Shown here: positions 25,656 to 38,300 of the stretch, one piece after another
How the letters are laid out: each line of letters begins with the position of its first letter
Position numbering within the stretch: position 1 is the first letter of the stretch
Assembly (NCBI GenBank): GCA_047495785.1
Contig: JBLDXI010000033.1
Coordinates: 2,356,001-2,420,000 of the forward strand
DNA: 64,000 nucleotides
Source: Lepidodermella squamata
Taxonomy: Eukaryota > Animalia > Gastrotricha
Direction: 5' to 3'
Notes under the pieces: generated by a model
Databases searched by the model: none
What the model saw: only the letters and a program-made list of their open reading frames with translations
What the model was told of the DNA's origin: nothing
Made by a program: the position numbers and the translations under genes

Positions 25656-26331
25656 TGTCGTCGCTGTTTTTCAAAGATTTATCGGCTCCTTTTTCGCAAA
25701 GTAATTTCACAATCTCGAAATGACCTTGAAGAGCGGCAAAATGTAGCGCCGTTGAATTGGTAGAATTTGTTCCATTAATATCGGCACCGCGTTCAATCAA
25801 AATAGACACGACTTCGCAATGGCCGTTATTTGCGGCCAGGTGGAGCGGGGTGACTTTTTCAACGCTGTTGTGAATAGGTTCGTCCAACAGGGCACCGCTT
25901 TCGCAAAGAAGTCTGACAATTTTTGTCATGCCTTGCGCAGCCGCGACGTGTAGGGCTGAACCTTGCCGGCGGCCCTGATGGTTCAAATCAACGCATCGAG
26001 TTGTGAGTTGTTCTACAACCTTGTATTGATTGTTTTCGGTAGCGACCAGCAGGGGCGTTACTTTCTCCTCACTCGAATTTACGCAGTTAACATTTGCATT
26101 CAGCAGTAGCAGGTAATTTATCACTTCGACTCGTCCATTAGCAGCTGCCGGATATAAAAGGCTATCTGTTAAGGAGAGAGCGGATCCGATGGGTTTTGAA
26201 TGAAAATTCAGCTGCTCTTTTCGCTTGATCTGCGCCAGCTCTTCTGGTCTGCCCTCTTTAGCAGCCTCGAACAACTGCAGGTATACTGGGCTGTTGATAG
26301 TGATGAATCGTTTTGACTCGCCATTCCCCAT
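25534..26331 (-). CDS. Intronless ankyrin-repeat protein with a predicted N-myristoylation motif
   Basis: About five ankyrin repeats (TPLLVA, SALHVAA, TPLHLAA, TALHFAA). ATG at 26331 gives MGNGES (MGxxxS). Confidence 0.85.
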   Translation of the reverse strand: MGNGESKRFITINSPVYLQLFEAAKEGRPEELAQIKRKEQLNFHSKPIGSALSLTDSLLYPAAANGRVEVINYLLLLNANVNCVNSSEEKVTPLLVATENNQYKVVEQLTTRCVDLNHQGRRQGSALHVAAAQGMTKIVRLLCESGALLDEPIHNSVEKVTPLHLAANNGHCEVVSILIERGADINGTNSTNSTALHFAALQGHFEIVKLLCEKGADKSLKNSDDKTAEVLARSKDYLEIVEYLYDKLEIRNNSLYVENQDYAEK

Positions 26332-26754
26332 CTCAGCGTTGAAGCCTAACAAGGTTCTGGAAATTAACTAGCTTTAGAGCCGCATCAATCTTAAAATTTC
26401 TTTTTCTGCTGACTAAGGCAAAAAATCAACAAAGTTGTACGCCACTGGCCATGACTCCTGTGGAGCATTTCGTGGCGTATGACGACGGCGTTCGTGAAAT
26501 CTCATTATTTACGTTCCGACGTGGCAAGGGAGCTAGTCATAACACTTGAGTTCTGCATTATACGTTTGTGATGCGAGGTGATTAACACGACGGGGCCGGA
26601 TCATCACTGTGTTCCCACCGGCTTTTCCCTAAATCCTTTCGTACGAAAGTCAGCGATGCAATAGACTGGCGTCAACGTTCTCAGAATTGTGTAGCTGAGT
26701 AGTAAAAATAGACTAGAGGGCACGGTGAATATGGAGTGATGTGGGCTGGTTATA

Positions 26755-27875
26755 CAGTGTGTCCGTCAAATAATATGAGCCTATATATAGCATTTTAATT
26801 GCGCCTGTTTACGAGTCGTGCACGAGGCAAAAAAAACGCAGCACTGAATGATAGTACAGCTATTGTTGTTCATTGCTGGAAAAATATCAATTATTGCTCC
26901 GCCAAAATTTGTATTATTTAATCAAGATAAAGAACATTCTTCGGAACGAAAGCATTAGCTTCGGGATTTTCACCTGCAAGCTTTGTACATTGCTAAAGTT
27001 TTGGGGACAACGAGTTGCCCTGAATATTCATGCAATAAGATCAAACGCGCAACAATGTCAACCTAATATCTGGAAAAAATATAACCATTTAAATAGCAAA
27101 TTTTCTTATCCAATTCAGTTAAAACTGTTTGTACTAGCCATTGGACGTATTCTTGCGGGTATGTGAAATTCACGTATATAACGGTTAGCCGATAGCGCCC
27201 CGGATGCTACACAAATTGGCGAAAGCGACATTGCCCCTTTATTTCAAAACGCGGAACTCATTTCAAACAGATTACCAGGTCGTAATGGAAACTGCTTTAG
27301 TTGCTTTCATTGCATTTGTTGCATTTGTTGCTTTTGTTGCATTTTATGCTTCAACGGCAGTTATTAAATTAGACATGTAAGATTACGAAAAAATTTAGAA
27401 AATGTCCCGCGGCTGTTGAAGACCCAAGTCGATGGGCAAGTCGATGTAAGCGAAAAAGGGGAAACCCGATTCCAAAAAAGCGGTTTGTAAAACTGGCCAT
27501 GGCCGAATTCAAAATGGCCCTTGCAAAACAAAAAACTGAAACGGCTCAGGGAGAAGATGGTGATGACGGAGATGAACCTGATAATTAAGATAATTTTTAA
27601 AGGCGCGGCTCGTTAAGAGGAAAATATAAGCATTCCTGATGGTCAGAACATCACCTTCTCTATCACCTGAAAGAATTAAGACGAAGAAAGTTTAATCATC
27701 AACACTAGCTGATGCATACAAATTTTAACTAGCAGTAGTAAATAAAGCTTTCGATTTCATTGACGTATTATTTTTTGCATCTCATGAAAAAAATGAGACG
27801 CCAGATCTGGCACGCGCCACGCTTGCTGTTGCTTTTGGACTATAAATAGCCTCATATTATTTGACGGACACACTG
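26755..27875. mobile_element. Non-autonomous Tc1/mariner-type DNA transposon (1121 bp)
   Basis: 25-bp perfect TIR CAGTGTGTCCGTCAAATAATATGAG (26755-26779 / 27851-27875), extendable to ~36 bp imperfectly. TA on both flanks. No transposase ORF. Confidence 0.9.
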
Positions 27876-28313
27876 TAGTGCTGCAACATTTAAAAGGTCG
27901 CTGACGAAGGATTTCAGCTTGGTGCATTGAGTACGCCGAGGTTTTTTTAACATGAAGGGATCCTGTATAATAATCCTCTAAATTAGAAACGAATACTCGA
28001 ACTTCGAAAAGTTCGATAGTAGTAACCTGCTGCACTTATATCATTCACTTTAAGGTCGAGCGGAACGGCGCACTTTGTATTCATATTATGTTAGGAATCT
28101 TAAAACCCGATCCGTGATAGCTGATCATATTAACTTACCAAGTGTAAAAAGACTGAGACAACATTATTTCACTCACTTTTTGTTTCATTGTCACGTTCGG
28201 TTGCACATCCTATCAGTTCAGGTACATCGTCCTCAGCTGCATCGGCTTATTATGACGCACTATTCTTGTTTTCAACTTAAACTGGCTTGTACCTAGTACA
28301 TAGTAATAAGGCT

Positions 28314-30064
28314 ATGCTTTTGGCGCACGAGACACGTTCCGGGCGAACTTTTTTTGCGACTTGCACCACGCTTATTTACCTTTCGGCAGCGACGGAAGCG
28401 AGCGCATATCCTTGCAATGCATGCACGGTAATTTCCAACAATGTACTTTGTTAAATTAGCAATTTTCAAACTGATTTTAGTCGCGGAATCTTACTCGCAA
28501 AGCAAGTTTTCGAAGATCTTCATGAAGTTGTTATTTGAAAATTCGATAATATTTGATCAGCGACGACTGAATGCCCGTTTACAAGACCCGTTCCGCTGCC
28601 TGAACCAGTAACAATTAAAGTTGCTGATGCGGCGACAACGACCGCCTGGTCGATCGCATATTCGACAGATGCTCCTAAAAACTCTACAGTTGGGGTAGAG
28701 TAAGTTAAAAAATGTCAATATTTCTTCTTCATTCCAGATTTAATTAGCCAAGGGTTCACCTACACACCAATCGATATTTTTGGTTATGAAATGAAGATGG
28801 GTAAGCGGTGTGTTTTCGATGAGTACTTTCTGCCATTCCGCTATCTCACCGAACCAATGGTTTGCGCTGACTGGTGCCGCCGCGAGCCCAGTTGCTTAGG
28901 TTTCATGGCTTCGATGTACAGCGGGGCCTGCGAGGCTTTCACAAAATGCACAGAAATCGAAGACGAAGGATGGGTGATATTCTACCGCAGGCTAACACCA
29001 ACTACAACCCGGCTATGGGCTGGAACGTCTCCTACACCAGGGAATTTTATAGACTTGGCCACTGTTCCTGATGTTTTCGCTCTCGTCAAGCCGATACAAG
29101 AACATTTTTCGTCATACGGCAGCCTATTGAAAACAATTTTTGCGGCTGTCAATGCATCAGGATTTCCCACCGACACCGCGGCCAAATACAAGTACACAAA
29201 GTTATCACTTGCGCAGACTATTGTTTTCGAGAGAAGCTTGGAAATGGCGTGGAAGGCGAGAATAATCTTCGCCTATCAACCAGTTGAAGGCTGGCAGGTC
29301 GAAGTGCCGACTGAACCAATTGACGCCACGCCTCTTTCCACAACAAAAGCGTCGGCTAGTGGTAGGAAATACAAATGCAACCAAGGCACAGTCGACGCAG
29401 CTTGCAAACTGTTAAAAATGAACAACGAAGGAAAAATGTTCTTGATGCCGTGGAACTGGGAAGGTTTTCATAACAAAGACCTTGCGAAATCACCAGAACC
29501 TGACTCAGTCTCACCCTTATTCTCCATCGTTACGTTGTGCTACGGTGAAGCTCCGTAAGTTTTTTTAAAAGTAAGTTGAGCTGATGAAATCTAAATCTCG
29601 CAGGCCAACTTATTCGAACGAACTAATTTGTCCCGACCCTGCCATGCTCAATGCAATTGGTGCACTGGCAACTTCGGTGTTCAACACATACTCAATGCCA
29701 TTATACGTCAGTTTTTTTAATTTTGGCGCGTTCGTTGTCAAGGCAAGTATTATCTTATTAGGTCGCTTCAATTTTGGGCACTCCGGTTTATGAAGATGAA
29801 GAAGGGCGACCATCAGTTACGCATTTCTACGGCAGCGGCGTCGACTTTTTGTGCGGCGTTGGCGTTTACGGAACCGCCGAGCGCGGCTTCGACGAATCGT
29901 GTAATTTGATGATGCGATACCTTCGAAAGCCGCAATTCGGCGCCGCGATGCCTTGCGACGACTCTTACGTACCTGCTCGCGACGGCAACGTAGGTTGCGG
30001 GGAGACCTGGTGGCCTGTTCCTACAGTGCACTGCGACCGTACGATTGTCGGCAGTAAAAAATAG
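28314..30064 (+). CDS. Putative secreted Cys-rich protein with a PAN/apple-like motif
   Basis: Signal-like first exon (MLLAHETRSGRTFFATCTTLIYLSAATEASAYPC). CADWCRREPSCLGFMASMYSGAC matches the PAN CxxxC..C.(A/G)F pattern. Further exons at ~29604-29706 and ~29762-30064. The 5' exon structure is tentative. Confidence 0.6.
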
Positions 30065-30465
30065 ATCTTTCCTCCTCTTCAAATATCTAAAACTTGCCTA
30101 CTCCATGTTCCACTCTTTCCGTAATTTTTTTCTCCCGAATTCTCCCAAACTATAAATAAATCTTCTTCGTTAATGTTTTAAAGCCGTGAGTCATAGACGT
30201 CACCGCGCATGCTTAATGTTCAAAACAGATAAAAAACATGTCGATATCGATCTCGAACGAAATAAATAATTGATCATGAATGAAAGCATGCTTGTAGATC
30301 ACCTGAGTTGAGGGTGGTGTTTGTTGCCTGGGAGCCATTTTTTTGTTGAATCGAATTGTTTTATCCATCTCGCTCCGGGAATCGATAATTGCGTGCATTC
30401 TAAGCTCCGCCTTAAAAAAGGATGCTCTAAGTGAATTGGTTTATATGCCTGAATTGAATTTCAAG

Positions 30466-33400
30466 ATGCGGAAATTTGTGGCCATTTTGTCCACACTCTT
30501 GATCGGCTATTCGGTAGCTCAATCGGACAGTAACTCAGGTGGATTCGATGCCAGCTTGTCATTTGTTGACATCAATTTGAATGTTGCGGCGGAAGCAATG
30601 CCGGTGTTCTTGGCCGAAAATACTGCCGTCAGAAAAGCATCGCCTCTTTTGGTCAGATTAGCCTACGTCGGACCATCTGCCAACGCACTCGATGCTCAAC
30701 CGTTGACTTTAAAGCCAGGCGAAACAACATTTCAAAACCTGTTGCGGCAAATAAGCGTTTGTGTTATAAGAGTTCAGCCTGTTTTCGTTGAAAAAAATAT
30801 GACATATAGGTGACGGTTTCGATTGTGGATGGTGAAATTGACACAACAGAAGACTCAGCGATGTCGGCAGTTTTCGTATACTTGACTCGGCCTCTTCTGG
30901 ACGAACCTTTCCCAGGGCAAAGCCTGGTAGACGGGCCGAACGGTGAGCCCCTTTGGTCACCAGAGACTCTTTACGTTGGCGAGCATTCTCTGATCGGCAT
31001 GAAGAAAGGCGAGACTAAAACGTTGACCTTCGAGTCATACTTGCTGAATTTCGCAACTGAACCTGCTATGTGCGGCGAGGCTGTCTTGGTGTGGCGATTC
31101 GACCCTCTGGGCACGTCTGGAGATGAAAGCTCTGCGAACAAAACAATTGCCGTCAATGTCGATATCGACTGTTCGTCGTTGACTGGCCCGACGAAGCAAT
31201 TTGTCGAGATAATACCGGATTTTCAAGCTGGCGGCCACCGAGCAGCTGTTCTTGTTTACGACGGAGGGCGTATGACTAAATCATTGGCTTATCTTGGCTA
31301 CCCCACGGATGAATGGGGTGACTTTTTCTCAGTGGCAGATCCAGACACCATGTCTTATGTCGGTCGGATGCGGCTATTAACAGGCCGAGAACGTCGTCAA
31401 TCTCGAGTGTTAAATGGTGACGACTGTCTCTACCAAAGCTCTGTCTCTCAACTGGATCCGCAAGAACTGGACGTGTTGGCTGACATGCTTGAATATGCTC
31501 TGGAAAACAACGGCTCAGCTGATGCCAGCCGGGTCAAACGTGACACTCCAGGTGGTGTCAGCGTCGGTTTACGACCCGGTTCTCTACCGGATGGGATATT
31601 GCAAAATCTCGGCAATCAGCTGATCGATATCATTCCTGAGGCGCCGCTGCTGGATAATGGAGCTGACTTTTCCGGATCTTCGGGTTCCGGTAACTGGAAC
31701 TCGTTGGCTGATATGCCCGATGAGTTGAAAGAGGTGATTCGCTTCATCCGCTTGATTGGACGTAGGGATTCTAGGCTCGATGAAGTGTTGTTCAACCGTA
31801 TCAACGATCCGTATACTCTAACTCAACTAATTAGGGGTCAGTTGGAAATTCTGTTTTTAATCCTTATATTCCATGATTTATTTATACAGTTGCACAAGAC
31901 ATTGACGCCGTGAGCAAACGACGCGATATTATTTCGGGATTATTCGGCGGGGCTGCTCCAGCTTCATGCCCCGGAAAGTGGGCCCTGCGATTGATGGCAT
32001 TCATCCGAGATATTAGCCAATTTATCGCGCATTCGCGATTTCCAGTGAAAGATAAATCCATGTCAAGTGCGATGAGTACCAGCGATAATGGCGCCTACAA
32101 AGCTCTATGCTGGGTCATGCAGAATCTTATCGACGAAGAGAATGACCTGCTAGTTCTGAATGATGGCATTCTCGACTGGAACGAAAGGATGGGCTTCGAT
32201 AAGGTCATCCAAACTGCGCTTCTTCAAAAACAACTTGAAGTAGCTTTGATGTCGGCTGACAATACTACTACTGGAAATTCGAGTGGAATTCGAACGAAGC
32301 GAGATGCCGAGTTTAATTCATCGGCTGACGCAGGATTCGACAGCCCAGTGCCTGATATGTTTATTGAAGCTGGGTCGAGTTTGGCCGCAATGGCCGAAGC
32401 GTTAACATCAGATGCCAATGGGACAATGCCGGAATTTCTCACCAGCGCTGACGATACTGTCGACCCAATTGTAACTTGCGACTTTGATGTGAAGAATCTT
32501 TTGAAGGTCTCAGCGCCGTATTGGATTTACTGGACAGGTAAATTATTCGAATTATATCAAACCTGTGTTGCTTATTATTACATTTTTCTAGAGAGAGACG
32601 GGCGAATTTTTCAGGGTGTCCGATCACCTTGGACAGCTGCTTACAATCGGCGAATGAATTGGCGACAAGTGGCTACTGTAAAATGCTCCAGCTGCACAAC
32701 TGGCGATGTGAAAGACGATTGGGAGGTAAAAGGCACCATAGCTCATCAGTTCATTGATTGATCATTAACAACTTTCCAGACACCTGAAGATCCTATTGTA
32801 GACATTGCTTACAGTGATGACGACTATGCGGGCAGTATTATGACGGGAAATAATGCCGGAATCACGCAAAAATATCCACAGGTCCTAAACAACTACGCGT
32901 CTCTGCTGCAAGAAATAACTGGCTTTCAAAATCCGGGCCAAAAGGGCAAAGACTGGTCAACTGGGAACCTCCAGTCAGATGACGATTTTGAGAGGGACAA
33001 CCAGATTGCCTCGAATATCTATTACCAGCAGTGGGTCAGGAACAACCAACAGGGATCAAGTGGAAACTCTGATCAAGGGCAGATACGCAATGGAAATAAT
33101 AACCAAGTGAACAATCAGCAGCAGCAGCAGGGTCCGATGAACACCGGCGGACAGCAGCAGGGAACCATGAATTACCAAAACCGAGTGGTAAATCAGCAAA
33201 CAATCTATCAGTCATCGCAGACGATCTATCGCTCTTCAAATACCTACTATCGACCTGGCTACTCGTCTTCATACTCTTTGCCGCTGGGTTTGATGGCAAT
33301 GGCTGCTTTAGGCGGTTCAACATACTACCGGCCTGCTACAACCTACTACTACCAGCCGGCATATGTTGTGCCGACCTATTCCATTAACTATTACAGACCC

Positions 33401-34747
33401 GCGTATTCCGTCAACTACGCATACGCTGCCCGACCAACCTATTCCGCCAGCTATGTTGCCCCTCGTACCTCGTATGGCGTTTCTTACGGCTACCAACCTG
33501 CCGCTTCTTATGGATATGGGTATGCGGGGGCGATGGGCAGTTCGCCTTATAACACCGGGTACAGCGCATATCAGCAGAATAACTACGGGACGGCTGGACT
33601 TCGAACTTCAGCCAGCTATGGTAACGGAATGTCTAATGTCAATAATGTTCCCCGAACTAATGTCCAATATGGTCCTAATACTGGAATCGCTGGAAACTAC
33701 AGACAGCCCGCCGTCGCTAGTGTTAGCGGTATGTATAACACAGGTTTAAATACCGGACTAGCCACGGGCACGGCTGGTAGTTACGGAACAGCTACTCGCA
33801 ACCAGGGAACCAATAACGCAGTTCCTACTCGACAAGCAGGCAGTAACGGAGCGGCCCGACCAACTGGGTCGGTGTCTGGCTCTGCTGGCATGGCTTCAAA
33901 TCAAGTTCGAACCAACAATTTGAATGGGTTCCTGAGCGAAGGTCGCGTGTCAACTGGCAACTCAGCGTCCTCCGTCAATGTAGCTGTTAGAACTCAGACC
34001 GGTGGAAATACAGCAAATGTTGGGCTGAACAGCCAGCAAAGACCAACCGGTTCGGTCTCAAGCTCAAACAGTGGCTCAATGAATAACCGACCATCTAACA
34101 CAGCTTCGTCGGGAGTTTACATCAACAGTAACAATAACCAGCGTCCCTCGGGTACTGTCAACACGGGTTCAGCTTCTGGATCTGGTTCAATCGGCTCAAG
34201 TTCCGGGACTTCGAATTCTAGACCGACTGGACTGATGTCGTCCGGCTCATATAGCGGCTCTGGTTCACTGAGCTCTTCAAACAACTACCGGCCGATATCA
34301 CCATCAGGTTCAAACATTGGCTATCCTAGCAACAATAGGCCGATTACAGCTGGGTCATCTTCGGGCTCTTCAGGCAGCAGGCCCTCTGGAACGGTATATT
34401 CAGGGTCTAACTCAAATAGCAGACCTGTTCAAGGCAGCTACTACGGCGGGAGTGTTGTCTCAGGAGGTGCTGTTGCATCAAGCAGTGGCAATAGCCGACC
34501 CTCCTCGAGCTCGAGCTATGTTTACGGTTCATCGTCCTCTAATAACAACTATCGCCCGTCTTCATCTGGATCATCATCAGGGTCGTTATTCGGAGGCATC
34601 AGCTACAGCAGTGGAGGCAGTAGCAGTGGTACCCGCTTGTCATCTTCGAGCCTGGGCGGCAGTAATACCCGTCAATCATCGGGCTCATCCAGCAGCCGCA
34701 ATTCGGGATCTTCAAGCAGCGGCACTCGGACCAGAACACGATCCTGA
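30466..34747 (+). CDS. Novel secreted proprotein, paralogue A, with a Q/Y/G/S/N low-complexity tail
   Basis: Signal peptide MRKFVAILSTLLIGYSVA. Exons 30466-30756, 30810-31836, 31890-32537, 32592-32725, 32780-34747 splice in frame. Clear homology to 35311-37917. Confidence 0.85.
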
Positions 34748-35310
34748 ACATATTAACGCTCTATTTTCTTCATTTTAAATGCTCCGATAACCTTATATTA
34801 TACAATTTGAATCTCCGGAAACTCTGTATGATAAGAATTTTCGACTTTATTTTATCACCACGTAGTCTGAATAAAATCGCATGCTGTTATAACGCACGAA
34901 GACGAGGTGTTTGTTTTGAAGGTTACCGAGTTCGAAGGATAGAACATCACCCCCGCTTTATTAATTATTTCTTAGACAACATTAGTCTGAGAGCTTTCTA
35001 GGCACGTGCATGTCTTCAGTTCGCTGACAATGACTCAGAATTGAGAATATCGTTAGGGTTAAGGTATAAACAAAAAGCGGCTTCAATAATTAATAAACAT
35101 TTGTTGCTAAGCTTTCACGTCACGTTTTGTTTCGACGTGCGCGCGGGAGGGGAAAAAACGAAAGGCGATCGATACGCATGGAACAAACTCGTCCACAATC
35201 GATCGAATGCAGTTTCGATACGTCTAAACCCAAGCAGCAGGGTTACCATCACGTACTACTCAAAAATAGCAAGGCATTGTGAAAAGCTCCGTTATTAATA
35301 GATACAGGTG

Positions 35311-38300
35311 ATGTATCAGCAACTTTTGCTGACTGTGGCAACCCTTGGTCATGTTGCCAGTCTCGGCACGACCCCAGGCAGTAATGACTTTGGCCTGCCA
35401 ACAATGGCACCGCAGAATATTCCGCTGCCGGAAAGCGCTGTCGATGTTAGACTTGTCTTGAGCAGTGGCCCGGCAAAGAATCAGCAGTTGACAATTAACC
35501 CAAATGCTCCACTAGCTTCGCAATTGTCGAAAATATCGGTACATCGAGAAGGATCAAATCGCCTAATTTATTGTGTAAAATTGTATTTTTAAGATTCGCG
35601 TCCTCGTTAACAATGGTTCAATCCGAACCGACGCTGATCCTGCTCTGTCGTCAGTCTTCGTCTATTTAACAAGGTTACCTGGCATTAACTTGACTGACTT
35701 GGAAGACCCGACTGGCAAGATTATCTGGTCCCCGGAAACTCTCTACATCGGAGAGCATTCTCTGCAAGGTTCGAGTGTGCCAGAACGTTATCACCTAACA
35801 TTAAGCCCCTTTCTTATATAGGAATGAAGAAAGGCGACACAAAATCTCTGACCTATGAATCATATTCGTTAAACGTTCAGTCAGAACCAGTTCTTTGTGG
35901 CGATGCTATTTTAGTTTGGCGTTTCGACCCATTCGGATCGTCACGAGACTACAACGCGACTAATCATACGCTGGCATTCAACGTAACCATCTCTTGCTCA
36001 GACTCCCAGCTAAAGAGCCCGAGATCTGTTGAGATCATACCTGATTTTCAATCTGCAGGCCATCGTGCGGCGGCGTTGATCTACGGCGGTGGCCAGCTGA
36101 AGCGTGCCATTGTTTACATGGTAAACTTTTTCATTTTCTCAATTGCTTGAGGTGACATTTTTCGCACAAAAGGGCTATCCTCAAGATACATGGGCCCAAT
36201 TGGAGGCAGTAGGTGACCCTAATGTGCTGGCCTACATCGGCCGCATGAGACTCCTGACTGGCCGAGAGCGGCGGCTGAAGAAATCGACAGAAGGCTGCAT
36301 GTATGAATCTTCGGTCTCGAAACTGGATTCTTCTAGCTTGTCCCAACTCGCTGATGCACTTGAGTCTTACTACAGTTGGGTTAGTAGTTCAGCGAGTAGT
36401 AAGCGCGCGAAGCGCCAAACATCACCGATTTCGCTTAACACTGGCCTTCGACCGGGCGCCCTTATCTCTGGCAGTATTGTAGCACCTGTAGCGCCAGTGG
36501 CACCCGTTGCAGCTTTCTCACCTTCAGTTGCGCCCGTCGCGCCCGTTGCGCCCGTTGCGCCCATTGCTCCCGTTGCTCCCGTTGCACCCGTTGCACCCGT
36601 TGCGCCCGTTGCGCCCGTTGCGCCTGTAGCACCAGTGGCAGCTGTTACTCCCGTTGCTCCCATTGGAGCATTCGTTCTACCCACGGTCGGGGTATCTGGA
36701 CTGTCTGCATCCATGAACCCTTCTGATATGATTAACATGATGTGGGGCATGTTACCCAATGGTATGGACGCCTCATTTTCGGGTACCATCAATTCGTCTA
36801 GCATTTCACCGGACATGATTCCTGATGAGTTGAAAATGGTGATTCGCTTCATTCGTCTAATTGCTGATAGCGACGAGCGACTTCAAGCTGACCTGTTCAG
36901 CAAGCTGGACAGCACAACAACAAAACAACTTATCAGAGGTAAATTAAAAGGCAGATTTTGGTGAAATAACTTTAAAATCATCTTTCAGTTGCGACAATCG
37001 TGTCAAGGATAAGCATGGATCCCACTATTTTCGGGCAGCTCATGCTCACGAAACAAAACTGCCCAGCAAAGTGGCTCAACAAATATGCTAGATTTGTCAC
37101 TGAGATGTACGGACTGATGACAAGTATCAGATTTCCTGTGAAAGATGTCGCTCCTCTAATGGCCAACTCCTCGGATGACGGTGCCGTTCGACGCACTCTG
37201 TGCTGGGTCTTCAACAATCTGGCTAACCAAGAAAACGATATGTTAACATCGTACGATGCCAGTATGACTTGGACGTCGAACTTGGGCTTTGACACGTTGT
37301 TTGACATTGCTTCAAGCTGGGCGCAGTCAAATTCGAAAGGGGATGCGGCGAATAAATCAGTCCCTGTAAGCGGTAGCAACATAAACTTTGCTGCTAACAT
37401 CGGCTCTGGATCTTCGGCAACATTCGGACTGCCGTCCTCCTCAGTCAATGTCAACATGCAACCAGGCAGTAGCGGCGCTGACGTAAAAGTAGGCAGCCAA
37501 CAACAAGGTGACCTTGGAACCAGCATGTCATGGTCAGCTGGCTTGGGCAGCCTCGGAAGTATCGGATTAGGTACCAGTGTAAACTTCAATCTACCAATGC
37601 TTAGCATGAACGTCAACGGAATCGGACGGAAACGTCGACAAGCCTCGGCTGCAGGCTGCAGTGTTGATATCAATCAGTTTATCTCTTGGACACAGCCATT
37701 CCCAATCTTTTGGATGGGTATGAATATTGTTTTATCCAAAATAAAATACTGACTGAATTTGTAACTTTTTTCAGAACGAAGAGGGAAAATCTATCAAGGT
37801 GTACGTTCGCCGCTGACTAGCAAGTCAGATCAGAGAGTCAACTGGCGATCTGTTGCCTCGCTCCAATGCTCCGGTGGCTGTGGGTACGGGACAGGTTATG
37901 GCGAAGACGATTGGGATGTAAGTATTACATTTAAAATTTTGGTTGCACATTACTCTCTGTCAAATTATAGCTTATGATTGACCCTTTCATCGAAGTATTC
38001 ATTATGAGCTTCTACGGATATGGCACTCGTTACGGATACGGTTATGGAGCCAATTCATACGGTTATGGAAACAGAGGTAGTTCGGGTTCTGATAAAAAGC
38101 AGAATAACGGCGGTGCGTTGTTCCGCGATGTCTCTGGGGTCGGAGGGGGCTCTGTCACAAACCAATCAGGTGGCAAGCAGAACCCCGGTTCAAACGGGGC
38201 TGGTGGTCAGGGGCCCAGTGGAACTGGTAATAACGGCGGGTCTACTAGCGGTTCCGGAAATTCAAGGCCAAGTGGAGGTAACGTTACGCCTGGGAATGTT

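Noticed and set aside
36370-36852. Minus-strand ORF with (Gly-Ala-Thr)n collagen-like repeat
   Set aside because: Antisense shadow of the (VAP)n repeat; the plus frame is flanked by blocks homologous to paralogue A.
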